Shown here: one piece after another, positions 13,637 to 22,293 of the stretch
Numbering within the stretch: the first letter of the stretch is position 1
Layout: each line of letters starts with the position of its first letter
DNA from: an uncultured Planctomycetaceae bacterium
GTDB taxonomy: Bacteria > Planctomycetota > SZUA-567
Direction: 5' to 3'
DNA: 23,182 nt
Assembly: GCA_964496245.1 (NCBI GenBank)
Contig: CAZBZG010000008.1
Location: 1 to 23,182, forward strand
Program-made: the position numbers and the translations under genes
Notes under the pieces: generated by a model
What the model saw: only the letters and a program-made list of their open reading frames with translations
Told to the model about the DNA's origin: nothing
Databases searched by the model: none

Positions 13637-16243
13637 TCACCGCCAGGCCCGCCCCGCGCGCAGGCGCGTCAGGCCGTAGCGCGCTTCCCGCCGCTCGTCC
13701 GGCGTCAGCTTGGCCCGTTCGTCCGTGATGTGCTCGTCGACGGCGAGGGCCGCCTCCAGCAGCTTTGCAGCCGCCTCCGCGCGCCCCAGGTCAGCCTGCA
13801 GGCGCGCGCGCTGGAACCGATAGAGCGGCTTGTACGGATGCAGCTCCACCGCACGCCCCAGCAATGCCGCCGCCTCTTCCATGCGGTCGCGGCGGCCGGG
13901 GTAGAGCCCCACCAGGCGGCGGGCGAGCATGGCATATCCACTCGCGAAATACGGATTGCAGGCCACAACGCGCCGCCAGGCCGCGACAATGGCTTCCTTC
14001 TGGCGTGGGTCGGCCGCCCGCATGAGCCGCTCGGCCTCGATCCGGGCGCGCGCCGGTGAGAGACCGGGGGGGAGCTGGCGCTGCATCTCCTGGTGGAGCC
14101 GCGTCAACAGGAGCTCGGCCCGGTGGCGATGGAGCTCGCTGTCCCTGGGCCGGAGACGGAGCGCTTCGGCATGCGCGGCCAGGACCGCGGCGAAGCGTTC
14201 CTCGCGCTTGTCCGGATCGTCCTCTCGCAACAGGCCGTCCCGTTCCACCTCGGCCACGCGCGCGGCAAAGACCCCCTCCATGTGCCGCAGCACGACCGTA
14301 TGGAACAAGACGAAAAAGCCGGCCACCACCAGGACGGCGCTCAAGCCAGCCACCGGCCGGGAGAGTCGTCGCTGCGAGGCGGACGCCGGTCCGGCGGCGA
14401 TCGCCAGCCCGGCCACCATCCACGTCAGCGTACTCAGGCTGCCGTTCATGAGCGTGAAGTCTGCCACGGCGTGCAGCAGCACGGCGCCCACCCCGAGCAG
14501 CAGCCACGGCCGGAGACCGGACGGATCGAGGGACATCCCCCGCCGCCACGCAACCGCGAACACCATGCACCACAGTCCGGGGAACAGCAGGAAATGCGTG
14601 CCGCCATGGATCCACGCGGCCGTCCACGCCCCGGTGGCCGCACGCACGGACCCGGTGCCCGGCGCTGCGTTCAGTTCGTTGAAGAAGAACTCCACGGACA
14701 GGCCCATGAAAAGGCCGCGCAGGAAGAGCACGTACACCAGCACGAACGCGCCGAGCCCTACGCTGTATCCGAGCTTGCCGAGCTGTGCACGCGTGCGCTC
14801 CGTGCCGGGTTCCGCCGGCTCCGCGGGCACCGGCCCGCCGCGATCGCGCCTGCCGTACAGGAAGCCCCACACGAGCAGGAAGGCCGCGAGCAGACCCACG
14901 CCCCCGTCGGCCGCCAGCTGCAGGTAGTGGTTGTGCACGCGCTTGACCGCCCACCCCGCAGGCCGCTTGTACTGCGTGTAACGGTATCCGAAGTTGTCGA
15001 GCCCCACCCCGCGCAGAGGATACTCGCGGATCATGGCCACGGCCGCCTTCCAGTAGTTGAGCCGGACGGTGACGTGCTTGAGGGCTTCGGCCCGCAGGGC
15101 GGCAAGGCGCGCGGGCACGGGGGTCGCATCGCTCGTCTTGTCGGCCTTACCGAGGCCCACGCCCGCGAACAGGCCGATTCCGCCGATCACGCCAGCGGCC
15201 AGCACGACTGCACCCAGCCCCACGGCTCGGCGGCCGAACGGCGCGGCCGCCCGGGCCCGGGCCTGCAGCCACACGAACTCCGCGATCCAGGCGGCTGCGA
15301 ACAGGACCTGCCCCACCCAGAGCGCCCGGCCGGAAAGCACGAACCCGAGCACGGCCAACGCCAACCCGACCACCGTGCCGAGGGTGACCCCGCACAGGAG
15401 GCCGCCCACGCGCTTCGCCGTGCGGCGACCGGCGGGCACCAGGAAAACCAGAGCGAACAGCTCCACGGCTTTGGCGGTCAGGAACCCCGCCTTGCTGCCG
15501 GTGAGGACAAGGACCAGCACGACCGCAACAGCCACAAGCCCCAGGACGCCCCTTCGCCACCGTGCGGATTCGCCCTCTCCGCGGGCGAGGAGCAGCCCCC
15601 CCAGTGCGGGAAGCAGGAGCAGGCAGAAGTCGGCCAGCGCATTGGGATACCCGAAGGTGCCGCCCACGCGGTCGGACGCCACCCGTCCGCGGTACAGACG
15701 CTGGTGCACCTCACTGTGGCCCGTGACCGCCTCCACGCTCTGCGGATCGGCTTCCAGGGTCCGCCGGAAGTAGTCCGTGCCGTAGGTTCGCTGGTACAAA
15801 CCATAGGCCGCGCCCACGGCCAGGCCGGCGAGGAGACACGCTACGAGCAGCCGGAAACGATCCGGCTGGCGGAAGATGTCGATGACCAGGAGAAACAGCG
15901 CCAGGTCGGCGGCCCACGCCAGGCCCATGTCCAGTGCCGCGCGGCCGTTGCCGTCCGTCCATGCCCGCACCACAGCCAGCGCCACAAAGAGCGCGAAGAG
16001 GCCGACCGGCAGCAGGAACCGCGCGCCGGCCAGCCCCCCTTCCTGCGCGAGGCACTTGCGCAGCAGCCAGACGAAGACCGCGAACCAGACGAGCGCATCC
16101 AGCAGAACGGTCTCGGGTTCCGCCGCGACCTGGCCCGCGCACAGCGGGCGCAGCGCGGCCACCAGTCCCACGACCGCGGTCACCGCCAGCCTCAGGGCCC
16201 GCAGCAGAGAACGGCTCGCAAGCGGCTCGGACGGCGCACTCAT
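13637..16243 (-). CDS. Large polytopic membrane protein of about 868 aa with a Wzy_C/O-antigen-ligase-like core and a C-terminal TPR-repeat domain
   Basis: ATG at 16243 (MSAPSEPLASRSLLRAL...). There are more than 10 TM helices. The ligase-family segment is ...GTFGYPNALADFCLLLLPALGGLLLA...LTGSKAGFLTA.... C-terminal TPR-like helices follow (…AELLLTRLHQE…NPYFASGYAMLARRLVGLYPG…). The 202-aa N-terminal extension in the ORF track overlaps the wecA-like gene and is RG-rich, so I reject it. Confidence 0.75.
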   Translation of the reverse strand: MSAPSEPLASRSLLRALRLAVTAVVGLVAALRPLCAGQVAAEPETVLLDALVWFAVFVWLLRKCLAQEGGLAGARFLLPVGLFALFVALAVVRAWTDGNGRAALDMGLAWAADLALFLLVIDIFRQPDRFRLLVACLLAGLAVGAAYGLYQRTYGTDYFRRTLEADPQSVEAVTGHSEVHQRLYRGRVASDRVGGTFGYPNALADFCLLLLPALGGLLLARGEGESARWRRGVLGLVAVAVVLVLVLTGSKAGFLTAKAVELFALVFLVPAGRRTAKRVGGLLCGVTLGTVVGLALAVLGFVLSGRALWVGQVLFAAAWIAEFVWLQARARAAAPFGRRAVGLGAVVLAAGVIGGIGLFAGVGLGKADKTSDATPVPARLAALRAEALKHVTVRLNYWKAAVAMIREYPLRGVGLDNFGYRYTQYKRPAGWAVKRVHNHYLQLAADGGVGLLAAFLLVWGFLYGRRDRGGPVPAEPAEPGTERTRAQLGKLGYSVGLGAFVLVYVLFLRGLFMGLSVEFFFNELNAAPGTGSVRAATGAWTAAWIHGGTHFLLFPGLWCMVFAVAWRRGMSLDPSGLRPWLLLGVGAVLLHAVADFTLMNGSLSTLTWMVAGLAIAAGPASASQRRLSRPVAGLSAVLVVAGFFVLFHTVVLRHMEGVFAARVAEVERDGLLREDDPDKREERFAAVLAAHAEALRLRPRDSELHRHRAELLLTRLHQEMQRQLPPGLSPARARIEAERLMRAADPRQKEAIVAAWRRVVACNPYFASGYAMLARRLVGLYPGRRDRMEEAAALLGRAVELHPYKPLYRFQRARLQADLGRAEAAAKLLEAALAVDEHITDERAKLTPDERREARYGLTRLRAGRAWR

Positions 16244-17361
16244 GGCTCGTCTCTTCGGCCGGCAGCATGCTCCAGCAGCACGATCAGGGCGATGACCCCG
16301 ACGCCCAAGAGCAGGATCACCAACGCGCCCGCGTCGTCCACCTCGCCTAGCAGCGTGGCCGCGCCCCCCAGGATCAACCCCAACAGGTAGATGGTGAGCA
16401 CGGCCTGGCGGACGCTCATGCCCAGCCGCTGCAAACGGTGGGAGAAGTGATTCGTGTCGCCTTCGAAGAGCGGCCGGCCCGCGCGCCAGCGAACCCAGAG
16501 CACCGACGCCGTGTCGAAGAGCGGGACGCCCAGGATCAGCACCGGCATGACCGCCGCGGCGAAGTGGCCTTCGCCTTCGTAGTAGGTCCCCGCGACCGTG
16601 AGCGTGCCCAGCAGGAAGCCGACGAAGAGACTGCCCGCATCGCCCAAAAAGAGCCGGGCCGGATGGAAGTTGTACCATAGAAAGCCGAGCAGGGCACCTC
16701 CGAGCACGGCCAGCAACGCGGCCACCAGCCACTGCCCGGCCTGGAGCGTCACGATGAAGAAGAGCGCGGACGCGATGAAGGCGACACCGCCCGACAGCCC
16801 GTCCATGTTGTCGAGCAGATTGAACGCATTGGTCACGAACACGACCCACACCACGGTGAGGAGCCCGCCCACCCAGGCATTCTCGATGAACAGGCTGACG
16901 CGGATCCCGGCCAGCACCAGCACCAGCGCCGCAGCGGTCTGCACCGTCAATTTGGATGCGGGCCGCAGGCGATATCGGTCGTCAGCCAACCCCACCGCAA
17001 AGACGGCGGTGGCGCCGACCAGGATGGCGCCAAAGCGGCCGACCGTCCGCGGCAGCATCAGTCCGCCCAGGAGGGGGCCGAACGGCCGCAGGAAAGCGGG
17101 GAGGGTTGCGGCGTCCGCCGCCGCCCGGTCGTGGAGGAACGCGACACCCGCGTAGGCGAGCACCGCGATCCCGACGACCGTGCCGTAGACCGCGATCCCG
17201 CCGCCGTAGGGGATCGGCTTCGCGTGCACCTTGCGCGGTCCCGGCGGATCCACGAGGCCCAACCGCTCGGCAACGCGCGCCGCCAGCGGCGTCAGCACGA
17301 GCGCGAGCCCCACTGCCAGGGCAAACAGCACGCCGTAGAGAATGGCGAAGGCATCGCTCAC
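16240..17361 (-). CDS. Polyprenyl-phosphate glycosyl-1-phosphate transferase (WecA/MraY/WbpL family, GT4), 373 aa
   Basis: Signature motifs NAFNLLDNMDGLSGG and FLGDAGSLFVGFLLG are present, with about 10 TM helices. The start is GTG at 17361 with SD GAGGAG. Its TGA stop overlaps the ATG of the downstream ligase-like gene (ATGA at 16240-16243). Confidence 0.85.
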   Translation of the reverse strand: MSDAFAILYGVLFALAVGLALVLTPLAARVAERLGLVDPPGPRKVHAKPIPYGGGIAVYGTVVGIAVLAYAGVAFLHDRAAADAATLPAFLRPFGPLLGGLMLPRTVGRFGAILVGATAVFAVGLADDRYRLRPASKLTVQTAAALVLVLAGIRVSLFIENAWVGGLLTVVWVVFVTNAFNLLDNMDGLSGGVAFIASALFFIVTLQAGQWLVAALLAVLGGALLGFLWYNFHPARLFLGDAGSLFVGFLLGTLTVAGTYYEGEGHFAAAVMPVLILGVPLFDTASVLWVRWRAGRPLFEGDTNHFSHRLQRLGMSVRQAVLTIYLLGLILGGAATLLGEVDDAGALVILLLGVGVIALIVLLEHAAGRRDEP

Positions 17362-17409
17362 CGTACGCTCCTCGGCTCCGCTCCCACCGCTTTCGCCAGC
17401 CCGGCCGGC

Positions 17410-17940
17410 TCACGCCTCGGCGCCGTTCTCCGTCTGCAAGAACCGGGCGTACTCGTCTTCGAAATTGGGCGAGAACACGCCCGTCCCCAGTGCCCGTTCG
17501 ATCGCCGGTCGGGTCCAGAACCGCAACGCTTCGATCTCCGCCTCCTGCCGGCGAAACGGGCCTTCGGCCTGGCAGGCAAAGGTGTTCACCAATTCGCTCT
17601 CCACGGCGTTCTGCAGGACGTAGCGGTACAGGAAACGCGGCGTCACGGTCTCTGTGGAGAGACCCACCTCCTCCCAGAGTTCCCGCGCAAGTGCGTCCTC
17701 CACGCTCTCGCCCCAGGCCACGTGCCCGCCCACCGACGTGTCCCACTTGCCGGGCTCGATGTCCTTGCTATGGGCGCGCAACTGGAGGAGGACCTCGCCC
17801 GCCCGGTTCGTGATCAGGCAGTGCACGACCGGATGGAGCAGGCGGGGATCGCCGTGACACTCCGACCGCCAGGCCGCGCCGATCACGCACCCCGAAGTGT
17901 CGACCAGGGGAAACCGCTCGTCTTGGTTCGGCTCACGCAT
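17410..17940 (-). CDS. NUDIX hydrolase, 176 aa
   Basis: The Nudix box GHVAWGESVEDALARELWEEVGL (Gx5Ex7REUxEExGU) is present. ATG at 17940. The longer 18087 start is RG-rich and I reject it. Confidence 0.8.
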   Translation of the reverse strand: MREPNQDERFPLVDTSGCVIGAAWRSECHGDPRLLHPVVHCLITNRAGEVLLQLRAHSKDIEPGKWDTSVGGHVAWGESVEDALARELWEEVGLSTETVTPRFLYRYVLQNAVESELVNTFACQAEGPFRRQEAEIEALRFWTRPAIERALGTGVFSPNFEDEYARFLQTENGAEA

Positions 17941-17965
17941 GGGTCGGTCGAAGCCTTGGGCGCGG

Positions 17966-19150
17966 TCAGGCCGTGAGCAGCCGCATGAGCCCTCCCGGCG
18001 GGACTCGGCTGGGCGCACCGGCCGCAGCTGTGGATTCGGTGAAGACGTCGCCGCCCTCGGCCGCGATGCCCGGCCCCCACAGCACAAAGGGCACGGGGTC
18101 CGCCGTGTGCGTACGCAACTCGACCGGCGTCGGATGATCCGGCAGGCACAGGATGCGCAAGTCGCCCGCGCGCGCCGCCTCCTCCAGCAGCGGTTGCAGG
18201 ATGTGGCGGTCGATCCGCTCCAGGGCCTTGACCTTTTCGTCGGGTTCTCCGTTGTGCCCCGCTTCGTCGGGGGCTTCCACGTGCACCACCACCAGATCCC
18301 TGCGCTTCAGGCAGGCGCAGGCCGCCGCCCCCTTGCCGGCATAGTCGGTGTCGTAGTAGCCGGTGGCACCGGGCACCTCGATGATCTCCAGCCCGGCCAG
18401 GCGGCCGATGCCCTTGAGCAGGTCCACGGCGCTGATGATGCCGCCGGTCAGGCCGTAGAGCGAAGCGAACGACGCGAGCGTCGGCGTGACGCCGCCGCCC
18501 CAGAGCCAGAGATGGGTGGCGGGAAGCTCCCCCCGGGCGACGCGGCGCTGGTTGACGGCGCATCCGGCCAGATGCCGGCCGCTCGCCCGTTCGATCTCCA
18601 GGAGACGCTCGGCACCCGGCCCGCTCGGTTCGTGGGCATCGATGGATTCCCCCATGATGTCGTGGGGCGGGCTGCGATCGGGAATGGTGTCGGCCATGTC
18701 GGCCATCACGCAGAGGTGCCGGTAGCCCACCCCTGGCACGAGCTTGACGCCCGCGATCCCCAGGGCCTCGTCGAGCTGGAGGATGAGCTCGCGCGCCTCG
18801 TCCGTGCTGATGTGGCCGGCCGCATAGTCGGCGAGGGTTCCGTCCTTCACCGTCACCGTGTTGGCCCGGAAGACCGCCTCCCCGGGCGCCAGCTCGATGC
18901 CCAAAGCCGCCGCTTCCAGGGGGGCGCGGCCCGTATAGCTCTCGGACGGGTCGTAGCCCAGCACCGACAGGTTGGCCACATCCGACCCGGGCTTCATGCC
19001 CGCGGGAATGGTCTGGACCATGCCGAGACGCCCGTCCCGGGCCAGCCGGTCCATGTGGGGGATGTCGGCCGCCTCCAGGGCGGTCTTGCCTTCCAGGGCC
19101 GGGTGCGGCCGGTCAGCCACCCCGTCCGGCACCACGATGGCATATCGCAT
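17966..19150 (-). CDS. Cofactor-independent phosphoglycerate-mutase-like protein of the alternative (proposed) homoserine kinase family, 394 aa
   Basis: The N-terminus MRYAIVVPDGVADRP...EGKTALEAADIPHMDRLA and the C-terminal metal-binding region ...VVVHVEAPDEAGHNG... follow the archaeal-type iPGM/alkaline-phosphatase-superfamily pattern. ATG at 19150 lies 4 nt after the hom stop (TAGacgcATG). Confidence 0.75.
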   Translation of the reverse strand: MRYAIVVPDGVADRPHPALEGKTALEAADIPHMDRLARDGRLGMVQTIPAGMKPGSDVANLSVLGYDPSESYTGRAPLEAAALGIELAPGEAVFRANTVTVKDGTLADYAAGHISTDEARELILQLDEALGIAGVKLVPGVGYRHLCVMADMADTIPDRSPPHDIMGESIDAHEPSGPGAERLLEIERASGRHLAGCAVNQRRVARGELPATHLWLWGGGVTPTLASFASLYGLTGGIISAVDLLKGIGRLAGLEIIEVPGATGYYDTDYAGKGAAACACLKRRDLVVVHVEAPDEAGHNGEPDEKVKALERIDRHILQPLLEEAARAGDLRILCLPDHPTPVELRTHTADPVPFVLWGPGIAAEGGDVFTESTAAAGAPSRVPPGGLMRLLTA

Positions 19151-19154
19151 GCGT

Positions 19155-20459
19155 CTATCCCTCGATGCGGAGCAGCACGGGTTCGCTGCGCACGAAATCC
19201 ATCGTCCCGATCTCGGCCATGGAGGCCCGCACATCGCCTTCCCGGGCCGCATGCGTCAGGATCGAGATCGGCACCCGGTTGGGTTCGCCTTCGTCCTCGA
19301 ACTGGTGGACCGAAGCGATGCTGACGTGGTGCGCGCCGAGCGATGTGGTGATGTGGCCGAGCACGCCCGGCCGGTCGCTCACGATGAACCGCAGGTAGTA
19401 CCGCGTCTGGTAATCGTCCATGCTCGCCAACGCATAATGCGGCTCCACGGCCGGCTTCCATGTGGGCGCGCACACGTCGCCCTTGAGGCTGCGGGCGATC
19501 TGCACCACGTCGGCGATGACCGCGCTCGCAGTCGGATCCCGCCCGGCCCCCCGCCCGTAGAACATGGCCTCCTGGACCACGTCCCCGTGGAGGATCACGG
19601 CGTTCATGCTGCCCTGGACGCTCGCCAGCGGATGGCTCTTGGGAAGCAAGGCCGGATGGACCGAGAGAAAGAGAGACCCATTCTCTTCCTGGGGGCGTGC
19701 CACGGCGAGCAACTTGACCACATAGCCCAGATACGCGGCGAAATTCACATCCATCAGATCGATCGCCTGGATCCCTTCGACGTGGAGCGCGGAAAAATCG
19801 ATCCAGGTCTCCAGCGCCAACGCCGACAGCAACGCGATCTTGTGCCCGGAATCGGTGCCGTTGACGTCGAACGTCGGATCCGCCTCGGCATACCCGAGCT
19901 TCTGGGCCGCGCCAAGCGCGTCCTCGTAGGACTCGCCGCGCCCGATCATCTCGCTCAGGATGTAGTTGCAGGTCCCGTTGACGATGCCCAGGAGGCGCGT
20001 GACGCGGTTGACGACCAACCCCTCGCGCAGGGCGAGGATGAGCGGGATCCCCCCGCACACGGCGCCTTCGAAGGCGATGGGCACCCCCCGCTTCTCGGCG
20101 ATCGAGAAGAGCTCTGCGCCCCGTTCCGCGAGCAGCGCCTTGTTGGCCGTGACCACGGGCTTGCCCGCCTCCAGGGCCGCACGCACGATATCGTGGGCCA
20201 CGCCCGTGCCGCCCACCAGTTCCACCACGATGTCGGTGCCGGGATCCCGGACGACGGTCTCGTAGTCGTCGACGAGATCGGCTTCGGGCACGCCGGCATC
20301 GAGCGCCTTCTGACGGTCGACGTCGGCCACCTTTCCCAGAACGACCTCCACGCCGCTCCGCCGCAGCAGCAGGTCACGCCGTCCGGAGAGGCATTCGACG
20401 ATGCCGGCTCCGATCGTGCCCACACCGACCAGGCCGATGCGACACACGCTGTCGCTCAT
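19155..20459 (-). CDS. hom: Homoserine dehydrogenase with a C-terminal ACT domain, 434 aa
   Basis: The Rossmann segment is RIGLVGVGTIGAG. The catalytic-domain motifs are ...NGTCNYIL...GYAEADPTFDVNGTDSGHKIALLSALA.... The C-terminal ACT is ...YYLRFIVSDRPGVLGHITTSLGAHHVSI.... ATG at 20459 with SD GGAAAGGAAG. Confidence 0.9.
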   Translation of the reverse strand: MSDSVCRIGLVGVGTIGAGIVECLSGRRDLLLRRSGVEVVLGKVADVDRQKALDAGVPEADLVDDYETVVRDPGTDIVVELVGGTGVAHDIVRAALEAGKPVVTANKALLAERGAELFSIAEKRGVPIAFEGAVCGGIPLILALREGLVVNRVTRLLGIVNGTCNYILSEMIGRGESYEDALGAAQKLGYAEADPTFDVNGTDSGHKIALLSALALETWIDFSALHVEGIQAIDLMDVNFAAYLGYVVKLLAVARPQEENGSLFLSVHPALLPKSHPLASVQGSMNAVILHGDVVQEAMFYGRGAGRDPTASAVIADVVQIARSLKGDVCAPTWKPAVEPHYALASMDDYQTRYYLRFIVSDRPGVLGHITTSLGAHHVSIASVHQFEDEGEPNRVPISILTHAAREGDVRASMAEIGTMDFVRSEPVLLRIEG

Positions 20460-20722
20460 GCGTCTTCCTTTCCAGGCGGGTCGCTGAACAGGGTCAGGAA
20501 GCGTTCCGCACGGTCGCCGCCGCCCGCCTTCAGCACCTCGAACGCTTCGAGCAGCTTCTGCCACCGCGGGTCCCGGGCGGCTTCCGTACCCTCCGGGCTG
20601 CGCTCGATGCGGTCCAGGGCAGCCGCCGTTTCCAGAAGATACCGGCGCATGTCCAGGAAGTACATGTCCAGCAGCTCCGTGGCCGACTTGGGACTTGGAC
20701 GGGATGCCTGGGACTGCGTCAT
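20456..20722 (-). CDS. Small hypothetical protein of 88 aa, translationally coupled to hom
   Basis: ATG at 20722 with SD AGGAGGA. Its TGA stop overlaps the hom ATG (ATGA at 20456-20459). GC3 is genome-like. The sequence is MTQSQASRPSPKSATELLDMYFLDMRRYLLETAAALDRIERSPEGTEAARDPRWQKLLEAFEVLKAGGGDRAERFLTLFSDPPGKEDA, with no family recognised. Confidence 0.5.
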   Translation of the reverse strand: MTQSQASRPSPKSATELLDMYFLDMRRYLLETAAALDRIERSPEGTEAARDPRWQKLLEAFEVLKAGGGDRAERFLTLFSDPPGKEDA

Positions 20723-20857
20723 GTTCGCTCCTCCTGCGTGGGAACCCGGCATGCAAGGTACGCAGCCGGGAAACGTTTATTGTGTCCGATTCCCGGGATC
20801 AGGGCAACCAAAAAGCCGATCCGGCCGACCATCGCTCGCGGCCGCAGGGCATTCTGC

Positions 20858-20886
20858 TTGCAGCCACGCACGCGCGCAGATAGCAT
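20858..20886 (+). promoter_or_regulatory. Candidate promoter TTGCAG-17-TAGCAT upstream of birA
   Basis: ttgcag at 20858-63 and tagcat at 20881-86. The ATG at 20910 is preceded by the SD GGGAGAGG. This is a weak match. Confidence 0.3.
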
Positions 20887-20909
20887 TCCGCATCGGGGAG
20901 AGGATCGGT

Positions 20910-21674
20910 ATGCGTCTAGAGCCGCCGGTGTGGCACGCATCGCTTCCATCCACCAATGCGTTTCTGCGGGAACGCCTTCTCGCCGGGGATCCTGTGCCGG
21001 CCGGCACGGTCGTGGCCGCGCGCGAGCAGACGGCCGGACGGGGGCGCGGCGCGAAAACGTGGGTCTCGAGCCCCGGGCGTGACCTGGCCTTTTCGGTGCT
21101 CCTGCACGCGGCCGGTGACGCCCAACGGCGCAGAAGCCTTCCCATGGTCGGGGCCCTGGCCGTGGCCGAGGCGCTCGCCAGCTACGGTCTGGCAACGCGG
21201 CTCAAATGGCCGAACGACGTGCGAGTGGGGACAGCCAAGATCGCCGGTGTGCTCGCGGACATCGTGTCCCGCGCGGACGCGGAGGCCGTGGTGCTCGGCA
21301 TCGGCGTGAACGTGAACATGACCGCAGCGGAAGCCGCCCGGATCGATCCGCCGGCCACGTCCCTCTACAGAGAAACGGGCCGGCCGGCTCCGTTGGAGGA
21401 GGTGCTCGCCTGCATCCTCTGTCCGCTCCAGACCTGGCTGACCGTCTGGACGGAACAGGGCTTCGCTGGTCTGCGCATTGCGTGGGAGGCGCAGGCCGAA
21501 GGCGTGGACCGGCCGGTGCGGGTGTTCCGGCGGGGAGCGGTCCTGGCCGGGGTGCTCCACGGGTTCGGACCCGACGGCGAGTTGCTCGTCCAGACCCCGG
21601 CGGGCGCGATCGAACCCGTGTGCGCCGCCGACCGCGTGGAACTGGCTTCAGCCAATTCCCGCAAAAAAGGTTGA
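20910..21674 (+). CDS. birA: Biotin--[acetyl-CoA-carboxylase] ligase, class I (no N-terminal HTH), 254 aa
   Basis: The biotin-binding loop is TAGRGRGAKTWVSSPGRDLAFSVLL (GRGRRGR.W motif). It continues ...KWPNDV...GIGVNVN, with a C-terminal SH3-like tail. Only the last 254 aa of the 900-aa track ORF are real. Confidence 0.85.
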   Translation: MRLEPPVWHASLPSTNAFLRERLLAGDPVPAGTVVAAREQTAGRGRGAKTWVSSPGRDLAFSVLLHAAGDAQRRRSLPMVGALAVAEALASYGLATRLKWPNDVRVGTAKIAGVLADIVSRADAEAVVLGIGVNVNMTAAEAARIDPPATSLYRETGRPAPLEEVLACILCPLQTWLTVWTEQGFAGLRIAWEAQAEGVDRPVRVFRRGAVLAGVLHGFGPDGELLVQTPAGAIEPVCAADRVELASANSRKKG

Positions 21675-21753
21675 CCTGCGCCCGCGGACGGGGCAGAATG
21701 AACAGCGCACGGCGAGATGGCCCCGGTCTGTCGGGCACGCACAGGGAGCATCC

Positions 21754-22293
21754 GTGGAAGACGCAAACGAACCCCAGTTCCACCCCATCCGGCAAATCCT
21801 CCCCGATCTTCTGATGACACAACTGCTTGCGGCCGATGTCTATGCGACGTTCGTGAAATGGGCCGAAGGTGAGGAAGAAGCGCTGTGGCAGGAGATGCTG
21901 AGCACGGAGCTCTCCAACGTGCGATTCGTGGGCATGCTCGCGGAGGAAGAGGCGCTTCCGCCCCTCGAGCTTCCACCGGTCAAGATCGAGGCCTTCCGGG
22001 AGCTGTGCCGCAACGCGCGCGAGTACGCGACCCAGTCGGCCTTCGAACGCACGCTCTGGGCCTTGCGCGTGGAGCACGCGGAGATCGACTTCGGCCTGGA
22101 GCGCCTTGCCGCGAACGTGGTGAGCCATGCGCCGGAGACGCCGGTGTACCCGGGCCGCCTCCACGAGCAGTACCACCGCCTGCTCGAGTGGTCCCAGCGA
22201 TACAAGGGCGCCCGGGAGATCGCCATCCAGGTCGCGCGCATCGAAGAGCACCTCCCACGCATGAGTGACTCAGGAATCCAGCAGAACCCGTGA
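21754..22293 (+). CDS. Hypothetical all-helical protein, about 179 aa, in the birA-glycerate kinase operon
   Basis: Preferred start is GTG at 21754 with SD AGGGAG. An alternative is ATG at 21814, which has no RBS. Its TGA stop overlaps the GTG start of the glycerate kinase gene (GTGA at 22290-22293). The sequence is ...MTQLLAADVYATFVKWAEGEEEALWQEMLSTE...ERTLWALRVEHAEIDFG...HEQYHRLLEWSQ, with no family recognised. Confidence 0.5.
   Translation: MEDANEPQFHPIRQILPDLLMTQLLAADVYATFVKWAEGEEEALWQEMLSTELSNVRFVGMLAEEEALPPLELPPVKIEAFRELCRNAREYATQSAFERTLWALRVEHAEIDFGLERLAANVVSHAPETPVYPGRLHEQYHRLLEWSQRYKGAREIAIQVARIEEHLPRMSDSGIQQNP

Noticed and set aside
14093-16390. Plus-strand 765-aa ORF and the 13791..14954 and 15711..16268 minus ORFs
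   Set aside because: They are antisense or alternate frames of the O-antigen-ligase-like gene, with RG/PG-rich composition, no RBS and no homology.
16244-16849. The 202-aa N-terminal extension of ORF 13637..16849
   Set aside because: It overlaps the WecA-like gene. The ATG at 16243 forms an ATGA coupling with the upstream stop and is followed by a signal or TM-like sequence. The extension is RG-rich junk.
18972-20909. First 646 aa of the 900-aa plus-strand ORF ending at 21674
   Set aside because: It is antisense to hom and the iPGM-like kinase. Only the last 254 aa (from the ATG at 20910 with an SD) match BirA.
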